A DNA stretch of 64,000 nucleotides from Lepidodermella squamata (taxonomy: Eukaryota; Animalia; Gastrotricha): NCBI GenBank assembly GCA_047495785.1, contig JBLDXI010000066.1:372001-436000 (forward strand). The letters are read 5' to 3'. Positions within the stretch are counted from its first letter, which is position 1, and each line of letters opens with the position of its first letter. The notes beneath the pieces were generated by a model. It made no database searches. It was given only the letters and a program-made list of their open reading frames with translations, and had not been told where the DNA came from. The position numbers were made by a program, and so were the translations under genes. Below, in pieces: positions 43,486-56,544 of this stretch.

Positions 43486-43963
43486 GGTGTGTTGAACCGG
43501 GATACCTCCATATTCTTAGCCAGGGGTTTCGTGGGTTTCGAATGCATTTTTTCGGGATTCTGCTGTTGAATATTGCTAAGTGCAAAGGCTGAAATCGTTG
43601 TTAAATTTTTTTTTCAAATTATTTCAAAGCAGCCTACGGAATTTCCCTAATTTCGAGCGTTTTATCATACGAGCACGTTTGCCATCCGGAATGACGGCTA
43701 TGGAAAAATCATGTAAACCAAAAACAAAATGCATCCGAAACCCGAAACTCATGATTAATTTTTGAACGGTGTATAAGCTCTGTTTGCTAGCACACGTCCA
43801 CCCGAAGAGAAAAGAATCCGAGCCTTGTGGAATCGAAATTACGTTCTTTGATAATTGAGGCTGGTCCTTGACGTTTGCCAGGCAAAATTCACCACGTTAT
43901 GCTATTTGCTATTTTATTGCTTAAACTCTGCGTGCATCTTTCAATTCTTAAATTGATACTTAA

Positions 43964-44365
43964 CCCTTAGCCGCCGAAGACGTGTACACGCGTTAATTCC
44001 GGAGAAAATTCACCGTGGTCGGGGGATTTGGGCTATCGAACCCATTGTTGCGTCATAAATTATGATAAATCAATAGCTAGAAACAAGCACTCCCCGAAAA
44101 TCCAAATTTTCAAAGCCATTCCGACCAGGTCGAAAATAGTGAGAAAAATTTCAAGTGACTTGTTAACACGTCATGAAAACGCGTTAACACGTCATAGCAA
44201 CGGGAACCCAGGTAAATTTCTTCTGAAAAAGAGGTTCGACTTTCAATCTAAGGCTAAATGTAAGACTTTCTGCCGACTCAGAATTTGATTTTAGCCTCTT
44301 CTTGATTTTCTGGGATTTTCTGAAAGGTGCTCGAGTTAACACGTCATTGCGCCGGCGGCTAAGGG
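43964..44365. mobile_element. piggyBac-type MITE
   Basis: TTAA flanks (43960-43963, 44366-44369); 13-bp TIR CCCTTAGCCGCCG. Confidence 0.85.
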
Positions 44366-45533
44366 TTAAGCAGATCAAATGAAAGATAGCTTTCTCAACT
44401 CCTAATCTCCCCAACCTTCAACCTACAACCCCTCAGAACGCCATCAGATCTTTTTACAACAGATAAATAATAGCTCTTCAGTTCTACTTAAATCGTGTCT
44501 CAGCAGTCATAGATGGAGATAAACGGGTTTCAAAATCGTGATCTCCGCCCTCTACAACCCATGACCCCTCTAAACTCCATCAGATATGTTTTCTCCCCAG
44601 ATAAATGATACTGCCGTGAAAGGGTTATTTCAGGATTACGGAAGCTGGAAGATTCAAATTAGAGACCAATTTAAGGCAACATTATCATTTATCTTAGGTG
44701 ATGATTATTCTGAAACTTGAAATTTCTTATGGAACCTGGAAACATGACAGGACGGAAGCACCTACAGCTGGACTGGGGACGGGAAGAACATTCACTTGAG
44801 AAGTAACAGCTCAGGAAATTTTTCACATTTCGCGGTGGCCATGGACAGCAGTTTCAGCCGTTTTCGCCTAGGAAGTAAAAGGTTTCTTTGAAAGTCGCAT
44901 CGAATAGGAAATAATAGTGATGGTTGAATTCGACTAATCAACATCAATTTGATTGGATCACACACAACACTCTATGTTTATTATTTCGCAAACAACCGTT
45001 CGTGCAATAGCATTTTAAATAGTCAGTTATTTTTATCATAGCGCAGCCACTTTTTCCCATAGCGGAGAAAATTTCACAATAGAAACCATGAAATGAACAA
45101 TTGAACACGACCAGGCTTTTCGGCAAATATTTTTCATTTTGGAAAAGAAAAATATAGCATTCCTAATGTTCCAGCTGTTCCAGTCCGAGGCGATTAGCAT
45201 ATCGGAGTTATTTTTAGCTCGTTTTTTTATAGTTACAATGCTCCCTCGATAACTGCACCAAAGATAAGTCCAATTTCCTGGCAAACTGCCAGGCGCTTTC
45301 AACATTAATTGCTGAATTCAATTTATAAAAACAAAATAATTAGTTAATTATTTTAATTCAATGTGAATACCAAATTATTGCGAAAGCAGGCAGTGCTCTG
45401 GGGCCCTCAAAGCACTGCCCAAAAGGTTAAATCTTACATTTGAGCGGTGGCTAACAACAGTAATAGGATTTTTTAAAGACTGATTTTATTCCTAATATCG
45501 ACATTAGAAGGATTTGCGATGTCATTGAATTAA

Positions 45534-46037
45534 CACTTTAAATGCCAAAAATAGACTGCGAGGTCCGATATTTAGGTCTAATTCCTGGGTCTGTCAAAAA
45601 GTCATATTTTTCGGGTCAACGATGCGTCGAGGGGCAAAATGCCTGACGGCAAAGTGTAGGCCATGACCTGGCGGTTCTTTTGACACCGAATTTGGGGCCA
45701 CAAGGTCTGAGCAGGTCATTGAAAATGACAGTGAAATAACGTCGAAAATTTTGGATTAGAGCCAAAAATCAGACCTAAGAATTGGACCTAATTATTAGAC
45801 CCAGATTATGGCGCAACAATCGAAATTTCATGTTTTTCAAGTTTGATTTCTGTGCGTTCCTTGAAGTCTTTGGCCCCAAATTCGGTGTCAAAAGAACCGC
45901 CAGGTCATGGCCTACACTTTGCCGCCAGGCATTTTGCCCCTCGACGCATCGTTGACCCGGAAAAAATGACTTTTTGACAGACCCAGGAATTAGACCTAAA
46001 TATCGGACCTCGCAGTCTATTTTTGGCAGTTAAAGTG
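45534..46037. mobile_element. TTAA-flanked MITE with ~165-bp inverted arms (piggyBac-like)
   Basis: 45534-45699 is the near-perfect reverse complement of 45871-46037; TTAA on both sides; a related end occurs at ~56519-56542. Confidence 0.85.
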
Positions 46038-46986
46038 TTAAGTAGAATCGTGGAAAAACAATGATTGAAATATTTTGGGCACATTATCCGCCGGGACGAA
46101 TAAGACGTTGAAAGCCTCACGCAGTGCGCGGAGTAGGATGCTCGAACTAGGGGGAATTTGCGGGCCCCAATTTTATGCCTAGTTAGCACCAAACTAATAA
46201 CTAACAGGATACTCTCAGCAAATCGACTTACAACCAAAACATTTGTGAACGGCGGCGCCCGTATGATGCTGGAAATTATCTGGAAATAATTAAGCACTTT
46301 AAAGACTACGCCTGAACTTTTCAACTTCATCTCCCTGAAGATGATTTCTGTTAGAAATCGAAACGTCGGAAATAAACTGTTAGCGCTAAATTTCATCAAC
46401 CGTTTGTACTCCAAAAAACTGGTTATCAAAAACTATGTCAGATTTTATTACCAAATATATAGCTATAGCGTTTGGCATTAGGCGTTGGGCAATGTTTAAA
46501 GAAATTTCAAAACAAATTAAAAATTCAAGCAAATTTGAATATTTTCAATGTATTCTTGTGCGAGCCGCCATGCCTCACATTTTTACGGCACTGAATGCGC
46601 CTCGAGTACAGCAGCTAACGCGGATCCTCTAGCATTATTTTTGCAACCTAACTTCTTATGGGGAAAACGACTCGCCAAGGCCAGCTTCACGGTCAGCTTA
46701 TCGTTTATGAATTTTATTAGATCACACATCAGAATATATTTTTATTCGAAATCAACCAACCGTGCCATAGCATAGGGCAACAGGAGTATAGCGTTCGAGT
46801 TAAAATTAGATGTCAAGCATCGAGCGGAGTACAACAAGCTGATAGTTATACGTAATAGTGTACAATCACAATATACGATTAGGAAACAAAACCAAGCAAG
46901 ATGTTACTAGCTGGGATGATTCTCAACAAATTATGCGCTCCATCATCTCTCATCAATATAACGCTAACACTTGGTACTCATCACTG

Positions 46987-47140
46987 ACCATTGGGCGGGA
47001 TTTTAAAAGCTCCAAACGACCGAGCAGATCCCTCTTTACTTTTACCATTGGGCGGGATTATGAAAGCTCCAAATGACCGAGCTGATCCCTCCTTACTTTT
47101 ACCATTGGGCGGGATTATGAAAGCTCCAAATGATCGAGCC
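46987..47140. repeat. 57-bp tandem repeat, ~3 copies
   Basis: ACCATTGGGCGGGATTATGAAAGCTCCAAATGACCGAGC repeated; a diverged copy lies near 57931. Confidence 0.85.
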
Positions 47141-47964
47141 AATTCCACTTCTTCCCTGTGCTTAGGCCCTTGACGTACCGGCTTGCCGCAAATGACAACA
47201 GCAATCTGCAATAATAAGAGAATTCACACGATTTAAAACGAATTTGCTTGAACTATCGTAACTGACCAAGCTCGCAAACAGCAGATAGCGGATCATTTTT
47301 TTGAGACAATTTCAGATGAATTAAGAGAGGAAAAATAATGAACTGCCGCTAATGGCTGCTAATTGATGCAGGGTGCAGGGTGCTTAGTCTTCTGCCAAAG
47401 ATTCCACCTACCCAGTTAGCATGGGCGCTTGTTAGCTAGCTAGCTTCATTCTTGCGCGAACTAAAGAATCGCTTTGCTGTTGTCCCAGCTGCTTGCAGAG
47501 AAGCGATTAGCATATCGGAGTTATTTATAGCTTGTGTTTTAATAGTCAGCTATTTTTATCACAGGGCAGCCACTTTTTACCCGTAGCGGAGAAAATTTCA
47601 CAATAGAAACCATGAACCGAACAATTCACGAGTGCAAAACTTGCATATCAGGGAAAACCAGGTTACCGGGAAAATAGAGACTTCCAGAGAAAATATAAAT
47701 TCTCTAGAATAGAAAATAGAGAAAAATAGAGAAAAAAATAAATAAGATTAGTTATCTTGGTTATTTTTTCTCTATTTTCCTAGGAAATTTCCAGGTAAAC
47801 TCATTTATTGACATCGTTCAGCCAACGATATGATAAGATAAGAAGTATATAAACTGTAATTTCGATCATTTGTTTCCATTTATAAATCACTTTTCTTGGT
47901 GTAATATCTGGTATTATTACTTTTATCTTGTATCACAAATTCAATAATTCCGGCTCAGATCACA

Positions 47965-48361
47965 ATGTCTCCGATTTTGACAATCGTCTTAGCTGGGGTG
48001 CTGCTGCTTGTTTCATCGTCGTCCGTAGACGGGTTAGTAATATTCAACAAATGTGGTAACAAAATTATATTTATTTTTTGTAAAAAGGGCAATCCCAGGT
48101 TATAGTATCTGCTCGTCCGCAAGCTTTGATAACAAGCCAAGTCAAGGAAACTATCACGATTGTAGCGGTCAATGCATATGCAAGGGATGGACTAGTGGAA
48201 AGTGCGTTAATGGTACCTGCAAATGCGATACAGATCCGAAGAAATATACGTGCCAGCATGGTACTTGTTGGTGGGGGGACTGTGAATTCGACAATTATTG
48301 CGTAAAAGAAAATGCCGAACGTGATAAAAAGTATGGGTGCAAAACTGCAGGACGAAAATGA
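47965..48361 (+). CDS. Secreted cysteine-rich defensin-like (CS-alpha-beta) peptide, 2 exons
   Basis: Signal MSPILTIVLAGVLLLVSSSSVDG; intron 48033-48087; CSGQCICKGWTSGKCVNGTCKC motif plus a second Cys-rich tail. Confidence 0.75.
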
Positions 48362-48754
48362 TTGGTGACTACTGGCCAATGACAGCAGCGATCTATAGTC
48401 GCATAATACGAGAGTTTCAGATGTAAGAATGATCAATAAAATCGATAAAATTTCAACCTACCAGGCCAACCAACAGTAGGTAACTGTTCATTTTTCGGAT
48501 GGATTGCTTAAGAATGAACAAAGTTTTGTATATGAAGAATAATGAGGTACTGTCATGGGACTGCAATTTTTACAGGCTCGCTCTCGGGTGCTAACGTCAC
48601 TAGCTTTTTCACCTGATCATTCCGCATTGACGTATGACGTATAATTTGCGTTGCTCGCGAATTGCAGCAGCTGTTTCCGCTGGGGGAAGTGTCTCATGGT
48701 AGATGGTAGCCCGAATTCTGCTCTTGGGTTAGTTAAGTATACTCCTCGTACTGA

Positions 48755-51700
48755 CCCGGACTCAAACATTTTGATCATGCAGGCTCTGTAAATCTGAATA
48801 AAATTGTGTATTTGCCTGAATTTCGCTGTAAATTGTTGTGATGTCGATTTATTCCAGCTCAGGATCCGGCTGTAAGCTGATTTTTCGCCTCTGTAATTCG
48901 AAATAAGGCTGGATACAGCGGTTTACAACCGTGGAAATGCTGCTTTTTGCTGATGTAATTGGCAATAAGGCGTGTTATCCTGCTTTACAGACTGCCAAAA
49001 GCTGAAATCGGGGTCTGTAAAATGCTATGAGGCAATTTATCCGTCTTTACACACCTAGACAAGCTGAGTTTTCGGACTGTAACACTTAACTCTGCTTTAC
49101 AGACTGCCAAAAGCTGATACAAAGGGACTGTAAAATGCTCTTGGGTTAGTTAAGTATACTCCTCGTACTGACCCGGACTCAAACATTTTGATCATGCAGG
49201 CTCTGTAAATCTGAATAAAATTGTGTATTTGCCTGAATTTCGCTGTAAATTGTTGTGATGTCGATTTATTCCAGCTCAGGATCCGGCTGTAAGCTGATTT
49301 TTCGCCTCTGTAATTCGAAATAAGGCTGGATACAGCGGTTTACAACCGTGGAAATGCTGCTTTTTGCTGATGTAATTGGCAATAAGGCGTGTTATCCTGC
49401 TTTACAGACTGCCAAAAGCTGAAATCGGGGTCTGTAAAATGCTATGAGGCAATTTATCCGTCTTTACACACCTAGACAAGCTGAGTTTTCGGACTGTAAC
49501 ACTTAACTCTGCTTTACAGACTGCCAAAAGCTGATACAAAGGGACTGTAAAATGCTGTTAGACGAATGACACGGCTTTACAGACCTCGGCAGGCGGATAG
49601 TTTGGACAATAAAATGCTATAAGGCACGATACTTGGCTTTACAGACCGAGGCAAACTGTAATCAGGGTCTGTAAACTTATGTAAGTCAAGTTACCCGGTT
49701 TTACAGATGTCGGTAGGCGGAGTTTGCGGACTGTAAGATGCTATAGGGCAAGGTACACGGCTTTACAGACCTGGGCAATCTGAGTTCCCGGACTATAAAA
49801 TGTTATAGGGCTTTACACGGCATTACAGATCTAGACGAAGCTGAATTTCCTGACTCTGTAAGCGAAGGAAACTTCGAAAATGACCTAATATGTGAACCAC
49901 GGCGACGTGAAATTACATACTGTAAAATGCTGTAAACAGAATTTATCGTATTTTTAAACAAATTTAACCCGGTAACCGGCGATTATTCGCGAATAATCAC
50001 ACAATATTTTGATGTGAGGCATTGAAATTAGCTGGCGAAGTGAACAAAGCAACCTCCGTGTAATTTATTTAATTTATTCAGGGAGCAATAAATTGGTGTA
50101 AATTCTTGAAAATTCGTGTGACCAATTTTCGATAAAAGTGAGACAAATCGAGGTGGAACATTAAATCACATAAATTTTTGAAAAACATAAATTTCATCGA
50201 AGAAACGTGACATCTGTGGCGTACTTTCTCTTAAGACACGTATTTTTGTCTTCAAAATTACGGCGATCTTAAAAGCGTTAATTTCTTTAAAACTAGGAGA
50301 TTTTTTAGAATTTTTTTTCATTATGTTGAGATTCTATCTATTTGTGACATTTTCGGAATTTACAGGAATTTTTACATGAAGAAAAAAGATTAATTCTTCG
50401 CTGATCGAAATTCTCAATTTCAGTTGATCTTGCTATATTAGCCAGTAAATTATATCGTCATATTCAAGGATCAATTGTAAATTTATTTATTTTAAAGTTT
50501 ATTTAAAATGAATTTTGAATTTTCCTAATAAAAAGGTAATCAAGTGTTCACGATTTTAATTCAGTTAAAATTTAGAAGGTCATTTTAATACCATTATCAT
50601 TTAAAGCTCATCGGAATGCATTTAAGAGATACAATTAAATTTTCAGGGACTTGGCAATAATTTTGATTCGCCAATTTTTGTAGATGAGCATTTTCCAAAT
50701 AGGAAATCTGAAATTCCAGGTGAATTGAAAATAAATTTCAATTGACCTGTTTTCAGATATCATTTACCGTTTTTCAATTTTTGAATCGAACCGCTGACCC
50801 GAATAATAAATGACATAGGCAGCGGCAAGAATTTTAGCTGCGAATAGCGATAGCCAAATTTCTCAGTTAAATAGGAGCGATTCGAGTTTTTTCAATCACC
50901 ACGCCGCGAATTACGCAACAGCTGCTCGCACGCCACGTTTTGCACACGTGAATTAAAATGCATAACACACAAAAGCTAAACCACATATGCATTTTGACCT
51001 ATAAAAGTCAGTTTATCAGATGAATTGCCCATGCAGATTTCTTGGCTATTTTCTAGAGCGAATATTTAAGTTATTTTTAGCGAAATTCTGGACGATGTTA
51101 CTGTTCTGTTACTCTATACCTGGCGTGAGTTTAAAATTTGTCGAAATTACTGTTTATTATTTGCATGCATTTCATAGAAATCGGCGATGTCGAGGGATGA
51201 AAACGATGACGTCAAGGTGATACGCATCGTCTTTCCCGCATACCACATCGTTACAAGATAAGTTTTAATTCTCCTATTTTAATTCTGCAATTCGATCTCG
51301 TGAATTGGCTTGACTTTCCCCGGAATTGTTGACATTTTCAACACTCCTTAATTAATTCTTCAATGTGAATAATTTTAATTTTAATTTTTAGCCAAATTTC
51401 TGGTTTTTGTTCATTTCCCCCCAATTTTTCAACACATTGCCGTTCCGTATCAATTTCGAAATAAATTTTCTGATTTTTTTGTAATCAGGACACGTTCTTC
51501 AGAAAAGCCTCTTTTAATTTTTGCCGAGTTTTTTAAGCAATTAATTGAAAGAAATTCGAATTTTTATTTGCTATTTCAAAATCATAGATTAATCTGAAAT
51601 ATCTTAATTGATGAATTTTTATTGATTTTGCGACAGTTCGAGGCTGGAAAAATCACAGACTGCCCAGACGTTTTACAAACATTGAGAATTCAAAAACTTT

Positions 51701-52802
51701 GAGATTCAAAATTGTTTAAAATTTCATTGTAATTATTTCCTGAAATTCTATTATTTGTGGATTTATCCATTTTAGGAGTTGGCTTGCATCTCGGGTTCGA
51801 CAGCGGATCAATCTTATCGTGGCTGGTTTTGTTCACAGGTATAGCAATACATTTCATTTTGATTCCAAGTTCTGCTTAGTTTTCCCCTATTATTTCAGGC
51901 TGGATAGACAGCGCACTAATGGCTCGGTGACTCGATGCGTGTCGCAAATCACCGCTTGGCGGAAACTTCGTGATAACGAGAGACCTTGTTTTGCTGTTCG
52001 TTCAGCGGCGACTTGAATTTTCTTTTCATAAACGGCTTTTTTACGGTTGAGATCCTCATGAGTTTTGCTTATTTTCACGGAAAACTGAGTATTTTTTGGA
52101 AATGGCTTAATTTGTGATGCACGTTTGTGATGCACGTTTTTTGGCGAGAAATATATGGCTGATTTTGCTTGAAAAATATCACTTCGCGGCATTGGTTTGA
52201 CATTAGTTGCCCTGCGGATCTGAGCTTTTTAGCGTCGGAAATATGACCCGATATAATCAAAGATTTATATTATTCGTCTGAAAAATTTGCTGAAGTCGCT
52301 GATTGCCAATAATCTTTTCTCCGATTTTTTCAAAATCTCTCTTGTTATTGTTAAAATGGTTGTGAAAATCGATTTTGCTTGTAAAAATGAAGCAATTTGT
52401 GATCTTTTATAATTTACAGCGATTTGCAGACGCTGGTCGAGGCACTGTAAATTCCTGTACCAGCCCTGAGAGTGAAGACTTCACATTTTCGGCATTTTTT
52501 GCTCTTTAGTAGTTTAGAAAGCTTTCGAATTTCAAAGGCTGTGTAAACTGCTGTAGGGCAAAAATTGCATAACTTGTGAAGTTTTCACTTTCTGGGCTTT
52601 TACAGGAATTTACAGCGCCCTGGCGAGTGTCTGTAAATCAGTGCCAAGGTGATATTGAATTCCCAGTGTAATTGAGTGGAAGGTACCAATAAAAGTGCGT
52701 TTGTAAAAGGGTGTAAGTCAACATAAGATTTCCAGTGAAATACAGCAGAATACATTGACAGCAATTTACAGCGATTTACAGCGATGAATTTTTGAGTCCG
52801 GG
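48755..52802. mobile_element. Non-autonomous CMC/EnSpm (CACTA)-like DNA transposon
   Basis: TIR CCCGGACTCAAA / TTTGAGTCCGGG; 2-bp TSD GA; subterminal ~60-bp TTTACAG/CTGTAAA repeats; left end duplicated (second start at 49172). Confidence 0.65.
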
Positions 52803-53798
52803 GAGCTGTTAATATATCGCTGCGTTGTTGACGAAGCAGCCGACGCCATAAAAACCATTTTTACACCAAATCACACAACGCGCACAACTAACTAAGGTAC
52901 CTAGAATGCGTCGTGCATCGGGTCCAACTAGTCTAGCTCTCCAACTAGTCGCGGCCCAGTTTTATTCAACTCACTTACTCTCTTTTTTCATTGCCCTCAC
53001 CATCATCGACCTATTGAAATTCTTACTTAGAGCTCTGCTCCTCCCCTGACACTACTTTCAGCGCTGCTGAACGGATGTAACGATAGATGGAAATATGCAA
53101 ACTGTTGATGTTAATAAAGCACTTACCACTTACTGAACCTTTTTATTAGCAATTGGCCTCAATTTCGAACGTAATGTATCAAAATATATCGAACGTAGAC
53201 GCAATTGAAGCCCTGAGACACATTGTTCGTAAAATACCCGTTCGCCGCGTCATTTGCATGAGTGCCAGTTTACGGCCAAGGTCGGAGTTAACTACTACCG
53301 TATTACCGCGCTTCCTACGACATGTCCGTATGTCGTTATGTAATTTCAAGCTTATCTCAGGAAGTGACCCTACACCCTAGGCGTGATGGTTATACCTAGA
53401 ATGGTTATGAAACTACTTTTTGGGGCTTCCTTCTACCGAATCTAGCTTTCGGCTTTGTTGTATCCCAGTGATCTAGTGTGCGCTTGAATGGCTGTACACA
53501 GATGAGTAACGAATTATTTTATTGAAGTCTTCTTTACTTGGGACTATGATTTACTAAATGATCAGCAAATTAAGCATTACAAGTCATTCAACAAAACGAC
53601 TGAAAATCATGGAAACAGAAGCTTATATCTACACGGAATAGAGATAAGGTTAATTCAAAAGTGATTTTGTTATCTATATCGGGGAGCTAAGATTCTAACG
53701 GGGATTGAATGTCTGCAATAAACTAGTAGGCTTATGAGAAGTCCTAGAATGTCGAAACCAATCCGTAATTCAGTCCATTATTCCGCCATCTCACTGGC

Positions 53799-54355
53799 TT
53801 ATTGCTCTCTGGGCTTCCCGTTCTTCAACGCATCCTTGAGACCCTTCGCAGCGGCTTTGGAGACGGCCGACGCAGCTCGGGCGGATTCCTCCTCTCTGGG
53901 CTCCCCGTTCTTCAACGCATCCTTGAGACCCTTCGCAGCGGCTTTGGAGACAGCTGACGCAGCTCGGGCGGATTCCTCCTCTCTGGGCTTCCCGTTCTTC
54001 AACGCATCCTTGAGACCCTTCGCAGCGGCTTTGGAGACGGCCGACGCAGCTCGGGCGGATTCCTCCTCTCTGGGCTTCCCGTTCTTCAACGCATCCTTGA
54101 GGCCCTTCGCAGCGGCTTTGGAGACAGCTGACGCAGCTCGGGCAGATTCTTCCTCTCTGGGCTTCCCGTTCTTCAACGCATCCTTGAGACCCTTCGCAGC
54201 GGCTTTGGAGACAGCTGACGCAGCTCGGGCAGATTCCTCTTCTTTTTCGCTAAACACGGTAGCAATCTTTGTTTTGAAAAATAAAATTGAACTTTCTATT
54301 CATAATATACATGGCTCAACCTTACCAGGCATGCTAACAGCAGATAGCGGAACAT
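53799..54355 (-). CDS. Secreted multi-copy peptide precursor (5 x AASAVSKAAAKGLKDALKN-G), candidate antimicrobial peptide
   Basis: Exon 1 (54355-54326) MFRYLLLACL; exon 2 from 54266 IATVFS..; five 87-bp units of EEESAR-peptide-G(K/E)PR. Confidence 0.8.
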
Positions 54356-56544
54356 TATCTCAACAATTGAGGAAGACTTTCGAAACGAAAAAAGATGAAA
54401 TGCTGTTTCCTGTCATGAGTTTCACTGAAGTTGCTCTCTGGTGCCAAGGGCACTTGCCAACTAATTCGTCTGCCTAATGCAATTGAAGAATTTGTTTGTG
54501 TCGTTACAGCTGCGCTCACTAAGGCAAAGTGGCGTGTAGGAGCGCGTTTTCTCTTCCTTCTCGTAAGCTTATAATTATTAGGAGATGAACTGGAAAGATA
54601 TCATCACAATTAATAATTTTGTCATTCAGAAGCGTATTTTTCGTGTTTAAGAAGCAATGGACACAAAGAAGTTTAAAAATTTCAATCAATTTTTTCCAAC
54701 TTTTTGTGTTGCAAAATAGATCATGTTTGACCGTTAAAACGTTTGAGGAATGAAATGGTAAATCTCATCGATATCATCCTTCTATTGATCTAAGGAAATA
54801 AATCATGGTTGGAGAGCAAATTGGAGAGCAGCAGATTATCCTGCGATTCAAACGCACCAGAATGAACATTGCTGAAAAGCTTTCTTGTGATGATTATTAC
54901 CGACAATTACGAACATTCAGTCAAAACTACAGTTTGGCATCAGTGTGCGACTTTCAGGGGGGGAGGGGGGATGGGGGGGATCATCCCCCCAGCTCGGCCA
55001 GACGACAAAATGAGAATTTATCCCCCTATTTCGTCAATTTTGAGAGGTTCTGGAGCGTGTTTTAGTGAAAAATCTGCAAAATTTTCTCGCTTCGCGCGGT
55101 TATCCCCAAAACAACTAGTAATTTTGGCAAATACAGCAAAACTCTTTTTTCCATCCCTGGCAGCTCGAGGATCCAAGATCGCACCCTGTTTGGCATCAAA
55201 AAAGTGCCTTAGCCACATGATTGTCCACGAACGCCGCTACAACAGTTCTCCGCAATCTTTTTCCACAGCCGGCATTTTTGGCCGCCGGAAAGGCTTGACT
55301 TGGCCGCAGATACAATCAGATCCTTCTCCGGCCGGTTTGTCGAATGCCAGAACTCCAGATCCAACCAGTTCTTCACTGTATTTAAAAACGAACTTCACTA
55401 CTTATGCCGACTGCTTCTCCGCAACTAACAAAATGATTCCTACGGCGTTAGGCCCTCAGCGATCCTACGCGCATAGAGAACGAAGTGATCTGTGATAAAT
55501 GCCTGTGCGACACAACTTTTATCCATTACGGGCCACAGTTTTATATCGCGGGCAACCCCACAGGGCTCTCGGGGGTCATAACTTTCACTTGAAACTTCAC
55601 TTAACTTCAAATCACGTGAATTGATTAGTTCTTCCTGTTTCCTACTCGAACAAAGATGAGGGACAATATTCAAGATTACCGCTTTGGACCCAGCACACCA
55701 GAGGTTACTAATATATGAGAGCGAAACGAGCTTTAGCTAACGGTATTTTACTGAAATTTTGGTTGAAAATGGTCTAAAATGGGCTGATTTTCGCGTCATG
55801 ATCGAAGAAAACGGGTAGCCGCGCGGTAGTCCGCCGCATTCCAACCATCCTTCGAGAAAAGCTTTATTCCAGCCGCGATGAACTGCTCCACCGAGTTTGT
55901 GGAGCACTGCGCTATTTGATATTACTGAAGTTTTTATGATCTCAGTTGGTCTTTTATGTGGCTTAAATATAACGTTTGAGTCTCATCCTGGAATTTCCCG
56001 ATGTAGCTTTTCATCGCTCAACCGTCAACTGGTATTCGGCGGATTTTACCTCTTTGCAAAAATGACTTTCTAATGTCTTTCAAATACTATCTGATGGGAA
56101 GATTCTCAGAGGAATTAATGACGAACAAAAATAAGAAGAAAAGTGGATTGCTGCTGTAGTCTGCATTGTTATAAGCTATTGTAGGGCTATTGTTATAAGC
56201 TCTCCGCTGCCACCTACTTCACCCGCTCACTCAGTACTGGCGTTTCTCAGCTAGGCTTCGTCATTCTTGTGTAAACGGAAGAACTACTCTTTCTATTGTT
56301 CCAGCTGCTTCGCCGATGCGAATCGGTAGGTCGGAGCTCGATTTCGCTTGTTTCTAATTGCCAGCTATGTTTTAAAACTAGAAAAAACGGCATCAGAGGA
56401 ATTAGGATGCGTTCACCTGAGATAACCCCAAAAAACCGACTTTGCATTAGAATATGTGATGAGCTTATTGCGCAACGAAATATCAATTGATGCGATATGC
56501 GATAAAAAACTACATTTGTTAACACCTTAACTGCCAAAAATATA

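Noticed and set aside
48900-49860. ~60-bp periodic palindromic TTTACAG/CTGTAAA repeats as a CRISPR array
   Set aside because: Whole units are mutually similar and lie just inside a TIR; they are best explained as subterminal transposon repeats.
53734-54477. 247-aa plus-strand repeat ORF (and plus-strand ORFs at 60214-60951; minus-strand ORF 11069-12052)
   Set aside because: Antisense shadows of repeat-coding genes; the opposite strand carries the coherent spliced gene model.
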